NCBI GenBank assembly: GCA_965213705.1
Contig: OZ243913.1
Span: 3,616,001-3,680,000, forward strand
Direction: 5' to 3'
DNA from: Trueperaceae bacterium
GTDB lineage: Bacteria > Deinococcota > Deinococci > Deinococcales > Trueperaceae
Length of the DNA: 64,000 bases
This document shows, in pieces, positions 48,623-58,434 of the stretch (position 1 is the stretch's first letter; each line of letters begins with the position of its first letter). Below the pieces are notes generated by a model. The model made no database searches, was not told where the DNA came from, and saw nothing but the letters and a program-made list of their open reading frames with translations. The translations under genes and the position numbers were made by a program.

Positions 48623-49641
48623 TGCGCGTCGTCGTCGAACTCACCAACCGCTGCAACTTGGCGTGCCAGCACTGTTTTTCGGGACGGCACGGCGGCAACG
48701 ACGACCTACCCCTGGCGGTCCTAAACAACATCTTGGCGGGCGCGGCCTCGGTGGGCCTCACCCACCTCACCTTTACCGGCGGCGACCCGACGCTGTACAA
48801 ACACTTCGACACCTTACTGGACCGCGTGACGCAGGAAGGTTACCGCTACAGTTTGGTTACGAACGGCTTTAACTTCGCGCAGGTTTATCCGAAGGTTTTG
48901 AAGTACCGGGGCGGTCTCGAGCAAGTCACCTTCAGCTTAGACGGCGCGACCGACGCCACGCACGCCCGGTTGCGCGGGAGTAAGTCATTTGCTCGAGTCC
49001 TGGCGGCGATGGCGCTGTGCCGCGAGCACGAGGTTCCTTTTACCAACAACATGGTCGTCACCAAGCACAACGCGCACGAACTCGCCGCGGCCGCCGAGCT
49101 TGTGCTGGCGCAAGGCAGCGCGGGCCTGCGCTTTGGGCACCTAATGCACTCGCCACTGACGACGGCCCAGGACTTCGACCTGAGCTTAGACGAGCGCCGC
49201 GGGGTCGAGCGCGAAATCTGGGCGCTGCAAAAACGCTACGCCGCGCGGCTGCCCGTTGCGATGGCTCCCGGCTTCACCACCGCCGACCCGCTGCCCTGCG
49301 CGCCGCTGCACCTGCAAGAGGTCAACGTGGACTACCGCGGCTACCTGACCAAGTGCTGCCATCTTTCGAGCCACGGCGCGGGCGTGGGCACGGACGACGT
49401 GGTGTGCAACCTCGCCGAGACCGACTTTCGTGAGGGCTTTCTCAAGCTGTTTTTGCAAAACGAAGGATTCAAACGCGCTAAGGCCGCGCGGCTTCAGGCC
49501 AGCCCGAGCGAGAGCGATACAAGTCCCTGCTGGTACTGCGCCAACCACTTCAAAAAGGTCGACTGGCTGCGGAACTTTGAGGGGCATCCGTGGCTCGAGC
49601 ACCTGTGGGACGCCGCACCCGCCGAGGACGTGCTCGCGTGA
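48622..49641 (+). CDS. Radical SAM enzyme with Cys-rich C-terminal (SPASM/twitch-like) region
   Basis: ELTNRCNLACQHC, TGGDP, SLDG...H...RG. C-terminal C...G.LTKCC...CNL...CWYC. Confidence 0.92.
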   Translation: MRVVVELTNRCNLACQHCFSGRHGGNDDLPLAVLNNILAGAASVGLTHLTFTGGDPTLYKHFDTLLDRVTQEGYRYSLVTNGFNFAQVYPKVLKYRGGLEQVTFSLDGATDATHARLRGSKSFARVLAAMALCREHEVPFTNNMVVTKHNAHELAAAAELVLAQGSAGLRFGHLMHSPLTTAQDFDLSLDERRGVEREIWALQKRYAARLPVAMAPGFTTADPLPCAPLHLQEVNVDYRGYLTKCCHLSSHGAGVGTDDVVCNLAETDFREGFLKLFLQNEGFKRAKAARLQASPSESDTSPCWYCANHFKKVDWLRNFEGHPWLEHLWDAAPAEDVLA

Positions 49642-50792
49642 CCGTTCCCTCCTCCGCACCAGCAGGATTTCGGCTGCTCGTCGCCTGCTCGAGGGCGCAC
49701 CTGGAACCCGGTAACGCGGCGACGCTCGACGAACTTCTCGGGCTACCCCTGGACTGGGACGAAGTGCTCGCCGAAGCGCGCCGGCACGGCGTCACGCCGC
49801 TGTTGCACCGCCACCTGTCGGGCCGGGCTGAGGTCCCCGCCGCCCCGCTCGCCGAACTCAGCACCTACGCCCGCCGCAACGCCGTTCACAACCTCCTGCT
49901 GTCAAAAGAACTGCTCCGGGTGCTGGGGGAACTTGAGGGTGCGGGTGTGCGCGCCGTGCCCTACAAAGGCCCGACGCTCGCCGTCGCCGCCTACGGCGAC
50001 GTGGCGCTGCGCTCGTTTCAGGACCTCGACGTCATCGTGCGCCCGAACGAGTTCGAACCCGCTCTGGACGCGCTGCAAACGTCTAGCTACGCCCTCGTCG
50101 AGAGTGCCGAGGGCCGGTTTCACGCGACGCTCAAACACGAGGAAACGGGCGTGCTGGTCGAACTCCACCGCGACGTGGTGCGGCGTGAGCGTTTTCCGAC
50201 CGGGCTCGAGCTTACCGCTATGTGGGAAAGGCTCACGGAGGTCGGTCTGCTTGGTCAAAGAGTGCCGAGCTTCGCACCCGAAGACACGCTTTTGCTCCTG
50301 TGCCTCCACGGAGCCAAACACGAGTGGCAAGGGCTCACCTGGCTGTGCGACCTCGCCGAATACCTGCGCGCTCACCCAAGCCTGGACTGGGACCGAGTGC
50401 TGCAGCAAGCCGAGCGGGCACGCGTGACGCGGGTGCTGCTCCTCGGGCTGGCGCTGGCGGAGCATGTTTTGGCCCCGCCGCTGCCCGAAACGGTGCAGTG
50501 TTTGGTAAAGAGTGACCGCAGTTTGCCCGGTTTGCAGGCGACTATCATCGTGAGGTTCTACGAAGACGCAAACCTGCTCGAGCGGGGCGCCCTACCCTAC
50601 CGCCTGCGCGCCGGGATGCGCTCGAGGTTGGAGGACAAGCTGCCCGTTTACAGAAGTTTTGCAGCCCGGCTGCTGCGCCCGAACGAGCAGGACAAACGGG
50701 CCGTCAAGTTGCCGAAACGGCTCGAGCCTTTGTACTACCTCGTCCGGCCGCTGCGCCTGCTAAAGGACGGCGTGGCTCAAAAACGACGCTGA
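49638..50792 (+). CDS. Nucleotidyltransferase family protein (NTP_transf_5-like)
   Basis: YKGP.LA...YG....R...DLDVIV, VELH, LCLHGAKH.W..L.WLCDL. GTGA overlap with the rSAM gene. Confidence 0.88.
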   Translation: MTVPSSAPAGFRLLVACSRAHLEPGNAATLDELLGLPLDWDEVLAEARRHGVTPLLHRHLSGRAEVPAAPLAELSTYARRNAVHNLLLSKELLRVLGELEGAGVRAVPYKGPTLAVAAYGDVALRSFQDLDVIVRPNEFEPALDALQTSSYALVESAEGRFHATLKHEETGVLVELHRDVVRRERFPTGLELTAMWERLTEVGLLGQRVPSFAPEDTLLLLCLHGAKHEWQGLTWLCDLAEYLRAHPSLDWDRVLQQAERARVTRVLLLGLALAEHVLAPPLPETVQCLVKSDRSLPGLQATIIVRFYEDANLLERGALPYRLRAGMRSRLEDKLPVYRSFAARLLRPNEQDKRAVKLPKRLEPLYYLVRPLRLLKDGVAQKRR

Positions 50793-50816
50793 AGTTTAGA
50801 GCCGCTCGAGACGCGG

Positions 50817-52217
50817 TCACTGGTTTGCGCTGACCCGCTCGAGCTTGAGTTCCCGCCTGAGACCCCGCTCGCTCGTACCGAGCGTGCCGTCTTCGATAAA
50901 ACCCGTATAGACTTCGTCGTTGCGGTTGGGTAGCAACGCGTCGATAACCCAAGTGGAGGCTTGGCCGTCTTCAGCCGTCGTTTTAGCCCGGAAGCTGACG
51001 GGGGCGTAGTAGTCGGCGGGTGCCAAATACTTTTGCTCACTACCTCCTTGGACTTCACCTTGTAGGTCGCGAACGGTGCCGGAAGCGTCCGTAACTGTTC
51101 CGCTTACGCCATAGTGCCACTCGTCCAAAAAGGTTGCCTCGAGGTCCAGATAAAGCGTTTCAGGCGCAGGGTCGGGAAGGGTTTGCAAAAGTTGTCCCGT
51201 TTCCAACTCGAACATTTGAACAACGCCGTCGGTGGTGGCCGCGACGACGTAGCGCTCGTCACGACTCAAAACCGGCGGCGTGTACAGCGCGAAAGGTGCC
51301 GAAGGCGCGCGCACTCCGGCGCGGCGTTCGCCCGTGGCGATGTCCAAAAGCTCGAGTTGGGTCGTGTTGGTATCGTAGGGCGGAGCAAACAAAGACGCGG
51401 TTAGTACGGCGGTGCCGTCGCCGCTGAACCCCAGCAGGTAGCTTGCCTCAAATTCGGCTGGTGTATCTAAGTAGGCACCACTGGCGAAATCCCACCTATC
51501 GATGAGGCGTCCGAGCCATTGCACCCACAGTTGCCGCCCGTCCGGCGTAAACAGGGTGCGGTAGAGTGACGAGCCGTTGTATTTGACACTCGTGAATTGG
51601 CGGACGAGCTGCCCCGTTTTGAGGTCCCAGACGAAATAAGTGCTGGTGCTGCCCCCTACCAGCAAGTAGCTGCCGTCGGGGCTGAAAATCAACTCACCAA
51701 CGGCAACGGGGTGCTCGAGCGTATAAAGCAAATCTCCAGTTTTCGCGCTCCACACTTTGACGGTATTTTCATCTCTGTAATACAGAGCGGTTGCAAAGAG
51801 GTCGAAGTTGGGTGAAAGAACGCTCGTGGCACTCAGTCCGTCCTGCTCGACCACATCAAAGTCCAGCAGGGTTTTCCCGGTAGCCAAGTCCACAATTTGA
51901 ACCGCGGGGCCGCTGACCCCCAACCGCGTGCCGTCGGCGCTGAACGAAACTTGACCCGGCCCGAGGTCGATTTTTGTACTCGTGAAAGTCTGCGTGTCGT
52001 AAAGGTCGAACCCGTAAGAGGTCGCCGCTGCAAAGCTCGAGCCGTCCGGGTTGAAGGCCAAGCCGGACACGCTCTCGCCCGTGACTTTGCCGACCTTGGC
52101 CTGCCAGGTGCCGCGCAAGACGCTCGGGTCGCTGGCAAAGTCGACCGATTTGCGCGTGTCTAAGCAGCCGCTGAGCAGCAACGCGAGTGAAACGAGCAAC
52201 AGGTTTCGACGTAACAC
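50817..52217 (-). CDS. WD40/beta-propeller lipoprotein
   Basis: Lipobox LSGC and repeated FSPDG...VWD blades. Confidence 0.85.
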   Translation of the reverse strand: MLRRNLLLVSLALLLSGCLDTRKSVDFASDPSVLRGTWQAKVGKVTGESVSGLAFNPDGSSFAAATSYGFDLYDTQTFTSTKIDLGPGQVSFSADGTRLGVSGPAVQIVDLATGKTLLDFDVVEQDGLSATSVLSPNFDLFATALYYRDENTVKVWSAKTGDLLYTLEHPVAVGELIFSPDGSYLLVGGSTSTYFVWDLKTGQLVRQFTSVKYNGSSLYRTLFTPDGRQLWVQWLGRLIDRWDFASGAYLDTPAEFEASYLLGFSGDGTAVLTASLFAPPYDTNTTQLELLDIATGERRAGVRAPSAPFALYTPPVLSRDERYVVAATTDGVVQMFELETGQLLQTLPDPAPETLYLDLEATFLDEWHYGVSGTVTDASGTVRDLQGEVQGGSEQKYLAPADYYAPVSFRAKTTAEDGQASTWVIDALLPNRNDEVYTGFIEDGTLGTSERGLRRELKLERVSANQ

Positions 52218-52330
52218 GAATCACTGTAGTCGAGGTGAACCGAGAAGTCAAGAACTTGCTTGGGGCGTGTCAAAGCTCCCTCAGCTCGACCGCAAAAGGT
52301 CGAGCCGAGGGAGGATAAGTGTTTGTTGGT

Positions 52331-52843
52331 TTAGCGAAAATTCTCGAGAATAGCTTTGACCGACGGCGAGGTGCTTTGCGGACTCAGTGAAGCTGTCGTC
52401 AACTCGCTGTCGTAGGCAAGATTCAGCGTGAGGCTGCTGCTCTGACCGTCTATAACGAAGATGAGTTTGCCCGTTAGGGTTTTGGCGTCAGTGCCGAAGG
52501 TACCCTCAACCTTGATTTGGTCGCCGACGTCGTCCGTTATGCTGAGAGTCAGCGTCGTACCTTCGACTGAACCCTCCAGGGTGCAACACGTAACCGGGTT
52601 ATCGTACTGGTCTATGTAACCGAAGGTACCGGACACCGCGGTACCCGTTTGGGTGAAGCCGAAACCCACGTACATACCGCTGCCCGAATCCGGGCTGGTG
52701 GCGGTGCCAAACCAAAAATCGTTGTCGAGGTTGATGACGCTGGGGACGGGTTTCGGGGCTGGAGCGGCCGGGCTCGGGCCGGTGGACGAGCACGCCGCCA
52801 ATCCGAAGACGAGGAGGAGCAACACGACGTTTCTTACTTTCAT
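52331..52843 (-). CDS. Hypothetical lipoprotein
   Basis: MKVRNVVLLLLVFGLAAC lipobox, beta-rich body, AAGGAG SD. Confidence 0.8.
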   Translation of the reverse strand: MKVRNVVLLLLVFGLAACSSTGPSPAAPAPKPVPSVINLDNDFWFGTATSPDSGSGMYVGFGFTQTGTAVSGTFGYIDQYDNPVTCCTLEGSVEGTTLTLSITDDVGDQIKVEGTFGTDAKTLTGKLIFVIDGQSSSLTLNLAYDSELTTASLSPQSTSPSVKAILENFR

Positions 52844-52986
52844 ACGAACTCCTTTGGGCATAGTGACCTGCAGGTCTCAACCAGTGTAGGTGACGCGTCC
52901 TTACAAAATCCTTACCCTCGAGCGGCGTGGACAACGCAAAGCGCGGCACGTTTCCAACTCGTCGGGGTGGGTAAAATAAGGGTGTT

Positions 52987-54768
52987 GTGACCCGAGACGA
53001 CCTGCCCGTTTTACCCCTGCAGCCCGGCTGTTACTTGTACTACAACGGGGCGAACACGGTCATCTACATCGGCAAGGCGAAAGTGTTGCGCGCCCGGGTG
53101 ACCTCGTACTTCAACGCCGGTGTTGATAAAAAAGCGCGGCAAATCGTCAAGGAGGCGGTCAGGCTCGAGTTCATCGTCACCAAAAACGAGGTCGAGGCGC
53201 TTATCTTAGAGGCCAACCTCATCAAGCGTTACAAGCCGGTTTACAACGTCTTGCTAAAAGACGACAAACAGTATCCCTTTTTGAAACTCACCAACGAAGA
53301 ATACCCGATGCTCATTTTCACGCGGCGCGTGCTCGACGATGGCGCGACCTACTACGGGCCTTACCCGAGCGCGGGTTCGGTGCGCAAGGTTCAAGACCTC
53401 ATCGCCACGCTGTTCCCGCTGCGCCAGAACAGCGGCCTGCCGTTTCAGCCGCGCAAAAAACCGTGTTTGCGTTTTCACATGGGCCGCTGTCTCGCGCCGT
53501 GTATCGGCGAGACGACGCCGGAGGAATACGCCAAGGTCGTGGCGCAGGCGAAGGCTTTTTTGGAGGGCCGCATCGAAGACACGCTTGAGTCGTTGCAAGA
53601 GGAGATGCGCGCGGCGGCCGGACGGCAAGACTTCGAGTTGGCCCGCGTTTACCGTGACCGCATCGCGGCGCTGCAACGCTTGACTGGGTATGACAGCGAC
53701 GTGTCGCGACTGAGCGGCGACGACCTGGACTTTTTGGGGCTGGCGCGGGGCGGCAACTACGCGATGGTGCAACTGTTCCAGATGCGCCGCGGGCGCGTGG
53801 TCGGGCGCGACAAGCGCTTTTTGACCAACGCCGCCGACGCCGCCGACGCCGAGATTTTGGAACGCTTTATGGCCGACTACTACGCCCAAGCGACGCAACC
53901 CCCGCCCCTCATCATGCTGCCCGAAGCGGTGGACCTAGAGTTCTGGCAGGACTTTTTCAGCGAGCGCTCGGGCCGCAAAACCGAACTGCGGGTGCCGAAG
54001 CGGGGCGACAAGCTGGACCTCATGGCGATGGCCGAGCGCAACGCGGCGACGGGTTTGGAGGCCGAGCTGGCCCTCTTAGAGCGCCGCGGCGAAGCGCCCG
54101 GCGTCGGGGAACTGCAGGCTTTAGCGGAGCTTGAAAACCCGCCCTACCGCATTGAAGGTTTCGACATCTCCAACCTCATGGGCACGCACACGGTCGCGTC
54201 CATCGTCGTGTTCGAGGGGGGCCGTGCTAAGAAGTCCGAGTACCGGCGAATGCGCGTGACCGGACTGGACAAACCCGACGACTTTTACTCGATGCACCAG
54301 GCCGTTTATCGGCGTTTTACGGGTTCGCTCGCCGACAAGCTGCCGCTGCCCGACCTGCTCCTCATCGACGGCGGCAAGGGCCAACTGAGTGCGGCCCGGC
54401 GTGCGCTGGATGAAGCAGGCATTGACATTCCCATGCTGGGCCTCGCCAAAAAGCAGGAGACCATCATCACCGAGGGTAAAAAGGAAATCCTCGTGTCCGA
54501 GACGCACCCGGCGTTGCGCCTGCTCATCAACATCCGCGACGAGGCGCACCGGACGGCGGTCGGCTACAACCGCAAAAAGCGCGGCGAGGCCATGACGAAG
54601 TCGGTGCTCGACGACGTGCCGGGCATCGGACCCAAGCGCCGCGACGCGCTGCTGGCGCACTTTTCAAGCGTCGACGAACTCAAAAGCGCCGAGGTGGCCG
54701 AACTCGCCGGCATTCCCGGCGTCGGGCGAAACGCGGCGGAGGCGGTCAAGGCGTTTTTCTCGGGGTAG
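52987..54768 (+). CDS. uvrC: Excinuclease ABC subunit C
   Basis: GIY-YIG (PGCY...YIGKAK.LR.RV.SYF), UVR, RNase H-like (IEGFDIS, IDGGKGQ) and HhH motifs. Confidence 0.97.
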   Translation: MTRDDLPVLPLQPGCYLYYNGANTVIYIGKAKVLRARVTSYFNAGVDKKARQIVKEAVRLEFIVTKNEVEALILEANLIKRYKPVYNVLLKDDKQYPFLKLTNEEYPMLIFTRRVLDDGATYYGPYPSAGSVRKVQDLIATLFPLRQNSGLPFQPRKKPCLRFHMGRCLAPCIGETTPEEYAKVVAQAKAFLEGRIEDTLESLQEEMRAAAGRQDFELARVYRDRIAALQRLTGYDSDVSRLSGDDLDFLGLARGGNYAMVQLFQMRRGRVVGRDKRFLTNAADAADAEILERFMADYYAQATQPPPLIMLPEAVDLEFWQDFFSERSGRKTELRVPKRGDKLDLMAMAERNAATGLEAELALLERRGEAPGVGELQALAELENPPYRIEGFDISNLMGTHTVASIVVFEGGRAKKSEYRRMRVTGLDKPDDFYSMHQAVYRRFTGSLADKLPLPDLLLIDGGKGQLSAARRALDEAGIDIPMLGLAKKQETIITEGKKEILVSETHPALRLLINIRDEAHRTAVGYNRKKRGEAMTKSVLDDVPGIGPKRRDALLAHFSSVDELKSAEVAELAGIPGVGRNAAEAVKAFFSG

Positions 54769-54789
54769 AGCGGTCGCGAGGTCCAGCAT

Positions 54790-54831
54790 AAAAACAAAAA
54801 ACGACCAGGTCGAGGAAGCCTCGACCTGGTC
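54790..54831 (-). terminator. Intrinsic terminator between converging uvrC and carbonic anhydrase
   Basis: GACCAGGTCGAGG-AAG-CCTCGACCTGGTC stem with an adjacent A-rich run. Confidence 0.75.
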
Positions 54832-54846
54832 AATAGAGGTACAAGC

Positions 54847-55611
54847 TCAGTCGTCGCTGGCGTCCTCCAGCAGCGTCCGGTCGCCCAGCGGTTGCAGCGG
54901 GCGGTTGCTGGTGCCGATAACCGAGAAAAGCGCGTCTATTTGCTCAGCAGACAGTTCCACGGGTTCGGCCATCACGTTCCACTTCACGCCTTGCGAGCAG
55001 GGCGGCGTGGTGAGCGAACCCGGGTAGCGGTAGGTCGCGCCGCTCTCGGGCAGCATGGCGCTCGGGTCGACGGTCTCTTGGGTTTCGGTTTCGCCCTCTT
55101 CGGCGGGAGCGTTCGCCAGGACACCGGCTAAGGCTTCGTTCTCCGCGCCTTCTCGGAGCATCACCCCGACGACGGCCAGGTCGCCCTCGGTGCCCACCTT
55201 CCTGTGGACAAAGTGGAGTTCGGCACCGAGCAGGTCGCCGTTGAGCGCGTGCTCGCTCGGCGTGTGAAAGTGAAACTGCAACAGTTCGTACGCCTCACCG
55301 TCGAGCGTCATGTCGACCTCGCTGCTCGAGTCGTAGGGCACCTGGATGGTGTGGCCGTTGTTCATCACCACCAGCGGCGACGGTTGGTAGTTGAACGAGA
55401 TGTCCCGCAAGTCTTCTTGGGTCAAGCTGGCTTCGGCCAAGTCGATGGGCGACTGTTCGGTGCCGACGGCGCAGAGCTGGTACGCTTCGTCGAGGTCGCC
55501 CCAGTTTTCGGGTCCGGCTTCACCGCTGTACTCCCAGTGGGGCGGCTCGAGCGCTTGCCCGTAAACGCTTCCTACGAGTAAAAGAGCTGTGAGGGTTAAG
55601 AGTTTGGTCAT
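54847..55611 (-). CDS. Alpha-class carbonic anhydrase, secreted
   Basis: Signal peptide, HWEYSG, QSPID, QFHFHTPSEH, ELHFVH, GSLTTPPC. Confidence 0.95.
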   Translation of the reverse strand: MTKLLTLTALLLVGSVYGQALEPPHWEYSGEAGPENWGDLDEAYQLCAVGTEQSPIDLAEASLTQEDLRDISFNYQPSPLVVMNNGHTIQVPYDSSSEVDMTLDGEAYELLQFHFHTPSEHALNGDLLGAELHFVHRKVGTEGDLAVVGVMLREGAENEALAGVLANAPAEEGETETQETVDPSAMLPESGATYRYPGSLTTPPCSQGVKWNVMAEPVELSAEQIDALFSVIGTSNRPLQPLGDRTLLEDASDD

Positions 55612-55698
55612 CGTTCCTCCCGGTCCAAGCTTAGCCGCAGCGCAGTTTCTAAAGAGCGTCGTGGTTTATAGTCGTGCGCTTAGCCGTGACGTAAAGAG

Positions 55699-55944
55699 TC
55701 AGGGTTGGGCGGACGGCCGCGAGCCGGTTCCGTCAGGCTGCGCCTTCTCACACCCCAACCGCACAAACGGAAACTCAGCTGTGAACGTTTTGCGGCAGGT
55801 GGCGTTGGGAAGCTCTGTCGCCACGCTGAGGCCGCCCCGCCCTGAGCCCTGCACGTCCAAGCGCGTGTTGCCGACCAGGTAAACGAGCAAGCTCAGCAGC
55901 GCAACTGCGAGGACGGCTCCGAGAAAAACGCGGCCCAGCTTCAT
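55699..55944 (-). CDS. Small membrane-anchored hypothetical protein
   Basis: N-terminal TM helix and a Cys pair. Confidence 0.5.
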   Translation of the reverse strand: MKLGRVFLGAVLAVALLSLLVYLVGNTRLDVQGSGRGGLSVATELPNATCRKTFTAEFPFVRLGCEKAQPDGTGSRPSAQP

Positions 55945-56047
55945 GGTTCAAGTCTAGCGTCTCACAGCGCTCCAAGGCCTCTGCCAAAAGGCTGAACGTT
56001 TATAAAGACGAACGTTTGTAAGACCCGGCGGTTCGTAAAAACTGAGG

Positions 56048-57913
56048 TCAGTAGCGGACGCCGTAAGCCTTGACGGTGCCGTCCAGCGCCGCCACGATAA
56101 CCGTGTCGTTCAAAACGAGCGGGCTCGCCTGAATCGGTCCCAGGGTGACGCTGTCTTCGAACAGGCGTTGCCCGGTCAGCGCGTCGAACACGAGCAGCTG
56201 CCCGCCTTCGGTCACGACGTAGAGCCGCCCCGCCGCAACCACGGGCGTCGCGGTGACGGGTGCGTCTAAGCCCTGCTCCCACACGTCGTCGCCGGTCGGC
56301 AGCGACAAGCAGCGCACCGTGTTCGCCCACGACACCGCGTACACGTAGCTGTGCCAGCACACCGGCGAGGCCCACAGCTGGCCCTCGAGGCCGTAGCTCC
56401 AGCGCACCTCCAACTTGTCCAAGTCGAAAGCGTGCAGCTCGCCGGAACGTTCCGGCAACAGCAGCAGTCCGTCTTTGGCGGCGGGTGCGGCGGCGACCGA
56501 GCCGAGCTTGACCTTGAACTTGCCCTCGCCCGTTTTTGCGTCGACACCGTGGACCCAGCCTTCCTGGGTAACGCCGTAAACCGTACCCCGGTAAAGGACC
56601 GGCGGCGTGAGGAGCGGGCTGGCGGCCTCAGAGCGCCACAACAAACCGTTGTCGAGGCCCCTGGCCTGCAAGTTGCCGTCTCTCGAGCTGATAACCAGGT
56701 CGCGCCCGAAGGGCGTCACCCCGACCGCGCCGACCGCCTCCCGCCACAGGGTCCGGCCGCCGGGCCAACTCAGCAGCGACAGGGCGCCGTCGCGACTCAC
56801 TACAGCCAAGTGCCCGTGATGGTAGAGCGGCGCGGTGTTGACTTCGTCGTCGGTTCGAAACTCGGCCTCGGTCGTGCCGTCGGCGGGCCGCAACGCGCGC
56901 ACCGTCTCGTTGCGCAAACCCAAAAACACGAACCCCTCGGCCGCCGTGAGCGCGCCCGGCCACTGCGGGCCTTCGCCGAGCGCCAGCTGCCAGCGGCACA
57001 CCAAGCGTTTGGGGTTGACGGGGCCGTAAGGATACGTGCCTTGCTGGGCGGGACCCCCCAAACGCTGCTGCGTCGCAGCCTGCAAGGTCGTCGCCAAAAT
57101 CGTGCGCAGCGCCGCGGCGACGCTGCGCCCCGAGGCGGGCCGCTCATGGGGATGTTTGGACAACAGCAAACTGATGAGGTCGGACAAGGCGGCGGGAACA
57201 AATGGGTTGTGGTCGAGGGCCGGGGTGATGTCGCCGTAGACGTGCTGGTACAGCACGGCCTGGTCGTTGTCGGCGTCGAACGGGGTGACGCCGGTGACGG
57301 CCTTGTAAAGCACCGCGCCGAAGGCGTACAGGTCGGTGTGCGCGCCGACCGCCCCGCTCAGGGCCTGCTCGGGAGCCATGTAGTGCGGCGTGCCCAGCGT
57401 GAGGCCGGTGCGAGTGAGCTGCCGCGTCGTCTCGGCAAGTTGGACGAGGCCGAAGTCCATCACTTTAGGCTGCAACTGCGCGGTGAGAAGGATGTTGCGC
57501 GGCGTCACGTCGCGGTGGACGACGCCGAGACGGTGGACGTAGTGAAGCGTTTCGGCCACCGTGATGGCCGCTTCTAACAGGTCGCGCAACGGTTCCGGGT
57601 CGGGCTCGAGCGGCCCCAACGACGTAAACGGCCCGCCCTCGACGAGTTCCATGACGAAGTACACGCTTTCACCCTCGCCCCGCCCGAGGTCGTAAATCGT
57701 CACGATGCCCGGATGGTTGAGCCGCGCCAACGTCTTGATTTCCCGCAAAAACCTCTCCCGGTCGGTCTCGGTCAGGTGAGGCCGCAAAAACTTCAGCGCG
57801 ACGTCGCGCTCTAAGTGCTGGTCGCGCGCCCGGTAGACGTAGCTCATCCCGCCCTGCCCGAGTTCGCCGGTTACTAAGTAGCGGTCGTCCAGGAGGTTGC
57901 CGAGGTCTATCAT
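56048..57913 (-). CDS. Hanks-type Ser/Thr kinase with C-terminal PQQ-like beta-propeller (Deinococcus RqkA-like architecture)
   Basis: LGQGGM, VALK, HRD, DFG, APE, then repeated A.D..TG...W blades. Confidence 0.9.
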   Translation of the reverse strand: MIDLGNLLDDRYLVTGELGQGGMSYVYRARDQHLERDVALKFLRPHLTETDRERFLREIKTLARLNHPGIVTIYDLGRGEGESVYFVMELVEGGPFTSLGPLEPDPEPLRDLLEAAITVAETLHYVHRLGVVHRDVTPRNILLTAQLQPKVMDFGLVQLAETTRQLTRTGLTLGTPHYMAPEQALSGAVGAHTDLYAFGAVLYKAVTGVTPFDADNDQAVLYQHVYGDITPALDHNPFVPAALSDLISLLLSKHPHERPASGRSVAAALRTILATTLQAATQQRLGGPAQQGTYPYGPVNPKRLVCRWQLALGEGPQWPGALTAAEGFVFLGLRNETVRALRPADGTTEAEFRTDDEVNTAPLYHHGHLAVVSRDGALSLLSWPGGRTLWREAVGAVGVTPFGRDLVISSRDGNLQARGLDNGLLWRSEAASPLLTPPVLYRGTVYGVTQEGWVHGVDAKTGEGKFKVKLGSVAAAPAAKDGLLLLPERSGELHAFDLDKLEVRWSYGLEGQLWASPVCWHSYVYAVSWANTVRCLSLPTGDDVWEQGLDAPVTATPVVAAGRLYVVTEGGQLLVFDALTGQRLFEDSVTLGPIQASPLVLNDTVIVAALDGTVKAYGVRY

Positions 57914-58072
57914 GCGCTCGTCACTATACCGCGAGGGCTGAAAAACATGAGGAAACAGGGACGAGGCTCAAAAAGGCTTGCCATTTTTTCTGGCAGAGTC
58001 TCAACCGCGGCTGTAACTATCCTCACAGCCGCGTGCGGACGTGAATAACCTTATGCCCAAGCCGTCGAACTT

Positions 58073-58285
58073 TCAGCTATCGTCTTCTAAGGCTTTTAAG
58101 ATGTCAGGAGATAACTTGCCCTCTTCCACCGCGCGGTTCAGCATTTCGATTCCCAAGCGCACCACCTCGGACTTCGAGACGAGGCGTTCGGGGTTCGAGA
58201 GCTGGTACGCCGTTTTGGTCAAGAGCGAATCCTGCTCTTCGGTAATCACGACCTGGAGCCGTTTGCTTTTCTCGCGTTTCGGCAC
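58073..58285 (-). CDS. Small ribbon-helix-helix-like DNA-binding protein
   Basis: KRLQVVITEEQD.LL...SKSEVVR. AGGAGG SD. Confidence 0.7.
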   Translation of the reverse strand: MPKREKSKRLQVVITEEQDSLLTKTAYQLSNPERLVSKSEVVRLGIEMLNRAVEEGKLSPDILKALEDDS

Positions 58286-58434
58286 GCTTCTCCTCCTGGT
58301 CTCACTTTACCCCTTTGCCCAACGCCTTGACAATGTTGGGGCGACTCGTTACACTGCGGGTGAGTGTTATGTGTAAGTGGTGTAAGACTGCGGAAGCCGT
58401 CAGCACAGGCTCGCCACGCTCTTGGGATGGGAAC

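Noticed and set aside
37425..49641. PQQ biosynthesis (PqqD + PqqE-like rSAM)
   Set aside because: No pqqB/pqqC and no ExxxY precursor. The B2 peptidase and lasso-type leaders point elsewhere.
56351..57577. 408-aa + strand ORF and similar long overlapping ORFs throughout
   Set aside because: They are antisense to well-supported genes, as expected in high-GC DNA, and have no recognisable motifs.
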